DNA of 63,662 nt, the filler included, from Octopus bimaculoides (Eukaryota): the NCBI RefSeq assembly GCF_001194135.2. It is 6 parts of 6 records of this genome, joined end to end, with 100 filler letters (N's around TTAATTAATTAA, not from the genome) between each part and the next. Parts side by side here need not be neighbours in the genome. Positions count along the whole stretch, not along the records: positions 52,131 to 57,091 come from NC_068987.1; positions 57,192 to 61,467 come from NC_068997.1; positions 61,568 to 63,662 come from NC_068992.1; 3 more parts are not named here. The stretch is one strand, 5' to 3'. Each line of letters starts with the position of its first letter. The first letter of the stretch is position 1. Below are positions 53,519 to 63,662 of the stretch, one piece after another. The notes beneath the pieces are model-generated. The model did not search any database, was not told the DNA's origin, and saw only the letters and a program-made list of their open reading frames with translations. The position numbers were made by a program, and so were the translations under genes.

Positions 53519-54689
53519 NNNNNNNNNNNNNNNNNNNNNNNNNNNNNNNNNNNNNNNNNNNNNNNNNNNNNNNNNNNNNNNNNNNNNNNNNNNNNNNNNN
53601 NNNNNNNNNNNNNNNNNNNNNNNNNNNNNNNNNNNNNNNNNNNNNNNNNNNNNNNNNNNNNNNNNNNNNNNNNNNNNNNNNNNNNNNNNNNNNNNNNNNN
53701 NNNNNNNNNNNNNNNNNNNNNNNNNNNNNNNNNNNNNNNNNNNNNNNNNNNNNNNNNNNNNNNNNNNNNNNNNNNNNNNNNNNNNNNNNNNNNNNNNNNN
53801 NNNNNNNNNNNNNNNNNNNNNNNNNNNNNNNNNNNNNNNNNNNNNNNNNNNNNNNNNNNNNNNNNNNNNNNNNNNNNNNNNNNNNNNNNNNNNNNNNNNN
53901 NNNNNNNNNNNNNNNNNNNNNNNNNNNNNNNNNNNNNNNNNNNNNNNNNNNNNNNNNNNNNNNNNNNNNNNNNNNNNNNNNNNNNNNNNNNNNNNNNNNN
54001 NNNNNNNNNNNNNNNNNNNNNNNNNNNNNNNNNNNNNNNNNNNNNNNNNNNNNNNNNNNNNNNNNNNNNNNNNNNNNNNTTAAATCCCCGCTCCCAATTA
54101 AACATTTTGATTGTGTTTATTTTAAAGAGATTGTAGCGAACTGACGAAAATATGCAAACTGAAATTAAATATAGACAAAAACATTAAAGTGAAAAGAATT
54201 TGCCTCTTGTGTGTGTCTTAAATAGTCGAAAACAATTAAATGTAAATTAAATATGCACCATTTTATGAGAAACAAACATTAATGCATTTAACAATTAATG
54301 TTATAAAGTTTATTAAGTAGCTCAAATTTAACCCCCTACCCAATTTTAAATTTTGAAATTTTCATCCATTTATTTATTTGCTTTCCTATCTATCTATTTA
54401 TCTCAATCCATTTATTCATAAAATATATTTGCCAACTAAATATGGCGGTCCTAAATAGGACGGTGTTACTCTTGCTTTTAACCCCAGGTAGGCATTCGTA
54501 TCCATCTATCTATCTATGTATCTATCTATACACATTTATATGCTTATTGAGTTATAAATTTTGAAAACGTGGTTTCTTACATATTCAGTTTCTTACAATC
54601 TATTTAAAGTATACAAAATCAAAATTGGAGTGAAATTGAAAATTTATTTGGCAGTGATAAAGACAATGGGATTTCTTTCTGTTTTTTAT

Positions 54690-55995
54690 TTTTAGAGGAA
54701 TCCACAATATCGAGTGCAGAGATACCGAATTAGTAGACAGAAAAAATATAAGGTGGTGTACTTGCGAAGACTGAGGCTGATCCTGAAGCCGAAATTAAGC
54801 GGACATAATAAGATTGAAGCTATCAACACCTAGGCGGTTTCACTCCTTAGATATGGAGCAGGAGTAATCGTATGAACACTAGTCGGTAATCGCATGAACA
54901 GTAGATTAAACAGCTTAGACAGAAAGACAAGGAAGCTGCTGACTAGATATGGGATCCTCCACCCAAAAAGTAACACAGACAGACTGTATGTACCAAGACA
55001 GATAGGGGAAGAGAACTGATTGGATGCGAACACACATTAAAGCAGAAGAAAACAACATAGCATGGGATGTAAAAAATGCCACAGAACCGCTGTTATTGAA
55101 AGTAAGCAGGTTAGGTTTGTGTAGGCTGGAAGATTGCAAAGATAAAGCACTGTCCAAGCACTTGCTAATGAATGAAACTGGAAATAGGTGGGTATAGAAA
55201 AGAATGTATGGACAATTTCATAAGGATGCTGAAGATAAGACAGATAGTGAAAACAAATGGCTATGGATGACTAAATGTGATTTGAAACCGGAAACGGAGG
55301 CTCTAATCTCTGCTGCCCAACAGCTAGCATTAAAGCCAATTACATCAAATACAGAAAAGACAACACATGAGAAAGTGATAAGCTCAGAATCTGTTGACAA
55401 AATTGTGAAACCATATGGCATATTACCAGTCAATTTGCACCGCTAGCCCAGAAAGTATATAAAACACGTCATGACAATATCGCGAGGATTGTCCTTTGCA
55501 CCAAGTATGGACTCGACACTGCAAATGAGTGGTACGAACATAAACCCGAAGATATTATCGAAAATGATAATGCAAAGATCCAATGGGATTTTATGATTCA
55601 CTGCGACCATGAGATAAAGAATAAGACGCCAGACAGTCTTAATTAAGAGAGAAAGCAAACGATACTGGATCATAAATGTAGCATGCTCAGCAAACAACAA
55701 ATGCGAAAGAAAAGTTGATAGATATAACAGGTTTGCTTGGAAGTGTAAATAGTTGTGGTCGCTGAAATGTTAGTAGTAGTGGCAATATTTGTCGGAGCCC
55801 TGGGAACAGAGTGTAAAAATCTTGAGAAGTATATGGAACAAATGGGGCTGCAATAAGGGTGGAGAACTTGCAGAAAACAGCAGTGTTTGGAACCATTCGA
55901 ATACTCTGGATGCTGCTCGAATGAGAACTGTTATCTTAGTTCACTGGTAGTGAACAGCTGACACCGTAGTACAACTCTAGCGTTTGAAGCTGTGC
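54690..55995 (+). mobile_element. R4/Dong-type non-LTR retrotransposon 3' half (post-RT region, zinc knuckle, REL endonuclease), decayed
   Basis: LDRKTRKLLT.YGILHPKS.TDRLY...LKPETEALISAAQ...RIC*QNCETIWHITS...KTRHDNIAR...KNKTPD; followed directly by (AAC)n/(AAT)n. Confidence 0.85.
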
Positions 55996-56041
55996 AAAGA
56001 CAACAACAACAACAACACCACCAACAACAACAATAATAATG

Positions 56042-56096
<55 letters not shown>

Positions 56097-56603
56097 CAAC
56101 AACAACAACAACAACACCAATGATAATAATAATAAAAGAAAAAATAATAATTATAAGAATAATCTTTTCTACTGGAGGGACGTGGCCTTAAATTTGTGGG
56201 CGTGGTGACTACTCGATTATATTGACCCCAGTGTTTCACTGATACTTAATTTATCGAACCTGAAATGATGAAAGGCAAATTTAACCTCTGCAGAATTTCG
56301 AACTCAGAACGTAACGGCAGATGAATTATCGCTAAGCATTTCGCCCGGCGTGCTAATGATTCTGCTAGCCCACCGCCTTAATACTAATAATACTCATAGT
56401 AATCATTTCTACTACAGGGAAATGGAGTGCAATTGTGATGGTGGGGAAAGGTCGATTAGATCGACCCCAGGGCATAAGTTGTATTTATGAAAGTGTCAAA
56501 GGCAAAGTCGACCCCGGCGGAGTTTGACCATATAACGTAGCAGCAGACGAAATACCGCAAGGCATTTTGCCCGGGGTGCTAACGATTCTGCCAGCTAATT
56601 ATC

Positions 56604-56672
<69 letters not shown>

Positions 56673-56674
<2 letters not shown>

Positions 56675-57091
56675 TCCTGTTCTGCCTGGCACTCACGCCT
56701 TAAACCGAATTGCTAAATAGAACTGGATGCGGTTACAAATGCTACGGGAAAACAGTCAGCCAACTTTTATATATGGATGACCTAAAATTATATGCTAAAA
56801 ATGACAAAGAGCTAGAAACACTACTACATACAGTACATGGCTTTACCAAGGAAATAGATATGAAATTCGGATTAGGAAAATGTGCCAAAGCAACCCTGAA
56901 TAGAGGAAAATTAGTTATAAGTAGCAATATAATACTAGATAAAGCCAATGAAATAAGAGAACTAGACGAAAGCCAACCAAACAAATATTTAGGAGTCAAT
57001 GAACTAGATAGGATACAACATACACAAATGAAAGAAAATATAAAGAAAGAGTACTATAGACGAGTTAGATCAATACTAAAACAGAGTTCAA
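56673..57091 (+). mobile_element. Second R4/Dong RT fragment, 5'-truncated, starting at the end of a (TAA)n run
   Basis: LLNRTGCGY...SQLLYMDDLKLYAKN...MKFGLGKCA...KYLG...IKKEYYRRVRSIL, runs into a gap. Confidence 0.88.
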
Positions 57092-57539
57092 NNNNNNNNN
57101 NNNNNNNNNNNNNNNNNNNNNNNNNNNNNNNNNNNTTAATTAATTAANNNNNNNNNNNNNNNNNNNNNNNNNNNNNNNNNNNNNNNNNNNNATATATATG
57201 AACATACGATATACTTACATATACGAACGTATACATACATATATATTGCACGTATGCACACGACCAGTTTAAATTGCCCGCTTAAAAACTCCTCGTGCGA
57301 TATGGTCAGAATATCCACCGCAGTGAATATAATGACGAAATAAATCTATATAGATTTATATATATACTTATTTATATAAATCTTATCCTTATATACATAT
57401 ATATATATATATATATATTTATTTAAAATGCATATAATTTCACCATTTTCTTTCCTACTTCACCACTTCAAAAAACTATTCTAAATGTCATTTGTTTTTT
57501 TATTATTTCTGTCTTTTATTTAATTACAACCTTTAGCTT

Positions 57540-58194
57540 TCACCAGCAGTACCACCACCACCACCACCGCCACCACCACTGCTATCACCTCCACCATTAC
57601 CACCATAACCATCACAACAATCATCATTATTACTAACGTTAATACCATATTGTTACTACTATTACTACTACAATCGTAACAACAACCCTTGCTACCAGCT
57701 TCATTTGTTTTTGGTTTTTTTGACACGTTTCTTTTTTCTTTTTTTAATTTTCTCCTTTTTTTTTCTTCCATTTACTATTCACGCTTCTTCAACTCTTCTT
57801 TTTCCCCCACCCCCTGTTGTTCCACAGATTCTTCGAGCGAGACCTGATTCAAGATTCTCCTCAGCAGGTTCACCACATGCAAGCATTATAGGCTTTCTCA
57901 GGAAGAATATGCGAGATTTTCATTAATTTTATTAAAAATCTTGACCATTGCTATCTGGAATTCTTCAAATCATGATTAAATATGTTACGGTTTTCCGTTT
58001 TTTTTCTTTTTAAGATTTTTTTTTTTTGATTTTCTGGGTTTTTTTTTCTTGTTTATATTTCTTCTTATCTCTATCTTTTATCATTATGATATTAATAACA
58101 AAATATCATCACCATCATCATCATCAACAGCAGCAGCATCGTCATCACTATCATCATCGTCATCATCATCATCATCATCATCATCGTCGACGTC

Positions 58195-58260
<66 letters not shown>

Positions 58261-58280
58261 GTCGACGTCATCATCATCAA

Positions 58281-58329
<49 letters not shown>

Positions 58330-58368
58330 GTCGACGTCATCGTCATCATCATCATCATCACCATCATG

Positions 58369-58410
<42 letters not shown>

Positions 58411-58926
58411 ACCGTCATCGTTGTCGTCGTCGTCGTCGTCGTTGTCGTCATCGTCATCATGAGAATTATTATCATCATCATTAGTATTGTTGTTGTTATT
58501 GTTATTATTATCATTATCATTGTTTTAATTATTATTGTTGTTGTTGCTGAATATTTATGCCTTTATTTTTTTTTTTTATACATTTGGCGTAGTTTTTAAA
58601 AAGAAAAAAAAGCCATTTGTTTCTGTTGATTTCGTCATCGATGCTGTCATCGCCGTTGTTGTTTCGTTTTAGCAGTATTGTGGATTGCAGTGGCAGTAGA
58701 TGGCGCTACTGTGCATGATATTGTACTATTTAATCAAACGCTGATGATGATTATGATAATGATGGTGACGGCGACGGCGGCGACGAATATGGTGGTGGTG
58801 TTGGTGTTGTTGTTGTTGTTGTTGTTGGTGTTGGTGGTGGTGGTGATTGTAGTGATGAAGACGATGATGATGATGATGATGATGTTGATGATGATGATGA
58901 CGACGACGACGACGACGATGATGATG

Positions 58927-58975
<49 letters not shown>

Positions 58976-59089
58976 GGATGGTGATGATGATGATGATGAA
59001 GATAACGACGACGACCACGACGATGATGATGATGCTGATGATGATGATGCTGATGCTGATGATGATGATGATGATGATGATGCTGATGC

Positions 59090-59144
<55 letters not shown>

Positions 59145-59810
59145 GATGATGAAGTTGATGTCGATTTTAAGATCTCGTGTGAGTGATTGGTGTAGTGACA
59201 GCTTCGTTGGAGACATCGATTTCTATTTTCTATTTGTTTTGTTTTTTTTTCCAATATGCTTTTTCTTTCGTTTGGTTTCGTTGCGTGGATCATCTACTTC
59301 CGCTGTTGCTGCAGGATTGTCAGCGTGATGTTACTGTAGTTGTTTGCCTTGGTGGTTGTGCTTGTGATAGTGGTTGTGTTGTAGTAGTTCGGGGTTTGTG
59401 TAGTTGTTGGGGGTTGTGTAGTTGTTGGGGGGGTTGTGATTGTGATTTTGAGATGGTCGTAGTGGTGGCAATGGTGGTCCTAGTTGTGTTGTAGGTAATT
59501 TGATGTCAATGATGATAACGACGTTAATTATGATGGCGCTGATGGTGATGATGCTGGTGGTGGTGGTGCTGCTGCTGATGATGATGGTGACAAAAATGAT
59601 GATGGTAGTGGTAAAGAGTGAGGAGGTGGACGCAGAGAGTAGTGGTGGCAGTGACGTTGATGGTAACATTGAGAAAACGATTAAAAAGCTATGACGATTA
59701 TGGTGATGCGATGAGGTGAGTTCTGGTGTTTGTTGCGGTAAAAATAATGTTATTGATGATGATGGTGATGATGAAGCTGATGATGATGATGAGGAGGAGG
59801 AGGAGGAGGA
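57540..59810. repeat. Compound trinucleotide domain: (CAC/CAT/TAT)n left, (GAT/GTG/GTT)n right
   Basis: Directly visible; source of the poly-H/S/I/M ORFs. Confidence 0.95.
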
Positions 59811-60139
59811 NNNNNNNNNNNNNNNNNNNNNNNNNNNNNNNNNNNNNNNNNNNNNNNNNNNNNNNNNNNNNNNNNNNNNNNNNNNNNNNNNNNNNNNNNN
59901 NNNNNNGAAGAAGAAGAAGAAGAAGAAGAAGAAGAAGAAGAAGAAGAAGAAGAAGAAGAAGAAGAAGAAGAAGAAGAAGAAGAAGAAGAAGAAGAATTCT
60001 AGTTGAATACGTCGACTGCAGGACATATTTTTAAGGCAAGTACTTATTCTACTGTTCCCGCTTTGCCGAAAGGGGACATGTACATACAATTACTGGTTGT
60101 AAAGCGGTTTAGGGCTTCGACACATCTGATGGAGGAATT

Positions 60140-60390
60140 ACTTCACTTTACTCCTTTCCCTGCTGTCTGTCTCTGGCTACTCGTGGCCATGTAGGCCACC
60201 AAATAGCGGGAGAAATCATCTCGCCGTATGGACATTGGTTGGCCTCTTAATCTTGTCCATTGTCTTGGTGTCCATCTCATCATCCTGATTGTCCATCTCT
60301 TGTTCTTCAGTCACGTGATGACTCCAGCCCATCTCTGTTTGTTTCCCTTGATTTTCTTATGATGTCGTTGAAACTCATGTGCTGTTGAAT
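60140..60390 (-). mobile_element. RTE LINE 3' fragment
   Basis: Frameshifted KQRWAG...KRWTIRMMRWTPRQWTRLRG...PTWPRVARDRQQ. Confidence 0.6.
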
Positions 60391-61567
60391 CCAGGCTTTG
60401 ATTTTCTTGTCTCGAAATGTAATACCGAGCATGATTCATTCAATTTTCTGTTGGTCAAACGATGATGGGAAACACACACACACGCTCGCATGCACGCGCA
60501 CACACAGACACGCGCGCACACGCACACATGACAAGCTTCTTTCAATTCCCGTCCACCAAATCTACTCACAAGATACTGGTCGGACCGATGCCGTAGTAGA
60601 AGACATTTTACCAAGGTTTCATGCAGTGGGATTGAACTTGGAATCATGTAGTTGGGCAGAAAACCTGTTACCACACAGCCGTAATTGCGCATAATATAAT
60701 ATACGAAAGGACATGCGTGGCTTAATAATTAGTGTGTTAGATTTATGATCAAGAATTTGTTTCGATTTGTAGACCAGGTGAAGCTTGTATTCTTGAACAG
60801 GTTGCCCCAATCGATTCAGCTAGCATATATGTGTATACTTGCGATTTAGCGACGTCTCGTGCATAGGGAGAATACATACGACACAGAATCCGGAAACCCA
60901 CCCTTATGAACTAAAGGCCTTTGATGATTTTCAGGCACACAGACACACGCACACAGACATATATGTGTGTTTGTGTGTGTGTTATGTGTTATGTGTGTGT
61001 GTGTACTTGTACGTATGTGTTTTTAAATCAGTTGCTTTATTATTCCATGTTTTTCGATACAACACGCTGGAAAACAAAATTCCGTTGTATTGTTTAGCAG
61101 TTTCTCCGTACAACACAATTCATCTGTCACCTTTGTGATAATACAATATCATTATAATTAATTGTTTAAAATAGTTTTACTTCAGCAATGGTTGTTGTTT
61201 CTGCTGTTGCCATTGTGAAATTGTCAATGCCATGTAGCTTTTGTTTCTGTTACCCTCCAGTACCAGTGAAAACTTTCGATGCACTTGGTATACCTACAAT
61301 ATATATATATTCATATATATGTATATGGTAATACGAAATGGAAACTACATCGTAAACAAAATATCGTCATAAGCACGGATTACTCACTTAATAATAGGTC
61401 TGATATTTTCGGGGAGTTTAGCCATTTTGATAAGCATCTATGAAGTCACTGTATCATAACGTTTTAGNNNNNNNNNNNNNNNNNNNNNNNNNNNNNNNNN
61501 NNNNNNNNNNNTTAATTAATTAANNNNNNNNNNNNNNNNNNNNNNNNNNNNNNNNNNNNNNNNNNNN

Positions 61568-62330
61568 CAGCCATGCGTTTGAATGGCTTCCTTAGTCATA
61601 TTGGCGATATGAGGGCGGGCATTGTCGTGCGGCAGATGAACTCCATGCTGTCGATTAGCTTTTTTCTCTTGAATAGCTGTGTTGCGTCGTTCCATCTGTT
61701 GAGTTTCGCGTCGACCGTTTGGTTCCGTTCAAGCAATTCGTAATGGATAATCCCTCCCCAGTCCCATCATACGCACAACATCGTTTTACGCAGATGAAGA
61801 TCTTGTTTCACGCACAGTGTCACTTGTTTACCGGGTTTAAGCCATTCATTTACGCTGTTTCATATTGATGTACAGGCACAATTTTTCGTCGCCAGTAACG
61901 ATTCGGTAAAAAAATCGTTACTTGTATCCATGAGTTGGGCGGTGACGAGCAAGCAAACCAGCGGAGATTGTGGCTCGTTGATTTTTTATTGTTGTCACTT
62001 AAAGCATGTGTCACCCATGCTCCATTCTTCTCAACCATACCCATCGAGTGAAGATGCTCTTCTCTAGCTGTGTGGGAGCATTCCATTTTCTCTGTCAGTA
62101 CCTTTGTCATTTGACGGGAATTTTTTGTGCAAAAGTTGGTTTAATCGAACACAGCTGGATGGTCAGAACGAGGTGCGTCTTTGAGGTCAAAATTTCCAGT
62201 TTTGAACTTGGCATACCAATCACTAGCGGTTCTTTCAGCTATGGCATCTCTCATACATAGCACAAGTGTCGTGAGCTGCTTTTGCGGCCTTAGAACCTTG
62301 ATTAAAAACAAAACGAAGGAGGTGTCAAAA
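61568..62330 (-). mobile_element. Mariner (Mos1-like) transposase, frameshifted
   Basis: GAWVTHALS (WVPHEL), RIVTGDEKLCLYIN (ITGDEKW), LPHDNARPHIA. Confidence 0.92.
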
Positions 62331-62494
62331 ATGCTCGTTTTTTATTAACTTGACATTCCATTTTAATGATCTGAAAATAAATAAAAATTATCTTAGATTA
62401 ACTAGAAAAAAAAAAATAGATTCCAAAATGACTAAAAAATAAAATTCTCCAAAATAAAATGATCTAAAAACGCAATAAATTCCAAAATTTAAAG

Positions 62495-62600
62495 AAAATG
62501 GCGGTAACTTAGTTGCCAAACCAATAGNNNNNNNNNNTGCCAAACCAATAGGTGCGAGCTCCGGAACTGAAAGCTGATATCCATTGCGGAAACAAATGTA
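62495..62600. promoter_or_regulatory. Possible promoter-like motif cluster (YY1-like AAAATGGCGG, CCAAT, ETS-like CCGGAAC)
   Basis: Motifs at 62495-62504, 62521 and 62561 in a CpG-retaining stretch; short motifs only, no linked exon identified. Confidence 0.25.
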
Positions 62601-62814
62601 GCAATTTAATTTTAAAGCCGGCTTCTTTCAAACTTCCTCTTTTATCATTTTTATATTAATCCTATACTCCAGCAGAGTTTCACATGATTATTCAGCCTTA
62701 GTAAATATCCTGGGACAGCCAATAACGGTATAGGAGCTTTTAAAGGCACATTATGAGGTTATTACCCAAACTAATACCCATATATACATGTACACACACG
62801 CACACACACATATA

Positions 62815-63480
62815 TACATAGAGGGTGTGGTGAGTAAATCGTCGTCTAAATTACGCAAAAATGAAAATAATACTGACATCTAATTTTAACAGATATATTT
62901 CCCAAAATTACATAGAAATATCTCGAAATACTTAACGAGTAAATTTATTCAATAACATTGGCATTGGCTTCTACCATGGCCTGAAGACGACTTCGAAATG
63001 TCCTGAAAATCTTCTGAACGTTCTCCTTGTTTAGGTTGGTGAATGTTGCCATAATCCTTCATAAGACTTCATTTCATCTTTGGTCTTACAAACAGTTTTG
63101 TTGGTCTCTCACTCAACTACGCCCCGCACTTAATAATCGAGGGAGTTGTAGTCTGGAGAGTTAGGAGTGATGTGGTCGCAGAAATTGACAGCCATGACTG
63201 GGGTCTCCTGCTTTTGTGGCATGGTGCAGAGTTCCATTGCCAGACATAGGGTTTTTTTCCAGGAGCCACCCACTTGATCTAGTGCAGAACTACCTCCTCT
63301 AGGCACTTGATATAGGCTTTCATGTTGAGGCCGTCTGAGAAGATGAATGGAGGCATGACGTCCCCATCACTATGATCATTCCAAACGCTATGTTGTTGAC
63401 TGTATGTTTGATTGTTATCACTCTCTGTACTTATCCTCATATTGCACTATCTTCAGATAGACACCCAAACACGCTGAAAT
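62815..63480 (-). mobile_element. Tc1/mariner-superfamily (maT/DD37D-like) transposase C-terminus and element end
   Basis: DGDVMPPFIF.DGLN..AYIKCLEEVVL...PYVWQWNSAPCHKSRRPQSWL...NFCDHITPNSPD.N.LDY. Confidence 0.85.
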
Positions 63481-63662
63481 GTTCGTATTGAGGCTCCCAG
63501 CGCTAATGCCAAGCAGTACAGCATATCGTTTCTAAATTTCTGGCAGTGAGAATTGCGTCATGCTGCTGTTTTTCTCACAGACGGTGCCCAGCTGACTACT
63601 ATAACGTGTAGTCGACAATTTATCCATCGCATCCTGCATATATATATATATATATATATATA

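Noticed and set aside
20940-54144. Large ORFs containing X runs
   Set aside because: Artefacts of translating through N gaps
58026-59694. Long poly-His/Ser/Ile/Met ORFs
   Set aside because: Stop-free readings of trinucleotide microsatellites in several frames at once; no splice or domain context
28531-61523. Recurrent TTAATTAATTAA palindrome
   Set aside because: Always embedded in N runs; scaffolding spacer, not biological
1-63662. CRISPR array, rRNA or prokaryotic operon-type system
   Set aside because: No regularly spaced repeat-spacer array or rRNA-like sequence; the window is eukaryotic with spliceosomal introns

Overview
AT-rich, microsatellite-dense eukaryotic scaffold with many N gaps. 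The repeat families and composition suggest a cephalopod, most likely Octopus (inference). Only one host gene is well supported: RSPH14 (radial spoke head 14 / RTDR1) on the minus strand. Its 9 GT-AG coding exons (35252 to 29747) join in frame into 311 codons of ARM/HEAT-like repeats; the terminal exon was not found and may lie in a gap. Almost all ORFs in the supplied track are spurious microsatellite, N-run or decayed-repeat readings. The rest is transposon debris: mariner/Tc1, Merlin, hAT MITEs, RTE, CR1-like, Penelope-like and R4/Dong retroelements, plus three tRNA-type SINE families. I cannot support a clearly new biological system. The best leads are a Merlin-type fold-back MITE with an exact 8-bp TSD, retroelements partitioned by microsatellite type and strand, a ~2.2 kb trinucleotide quasi-palindrome, CpG-decay domains implying unrecognised transcription units, and a PHD finger inside an RTE reverse transcriptase. 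Repeat boundaries are approximate (read by eye); exon boundaries were counted base by base.
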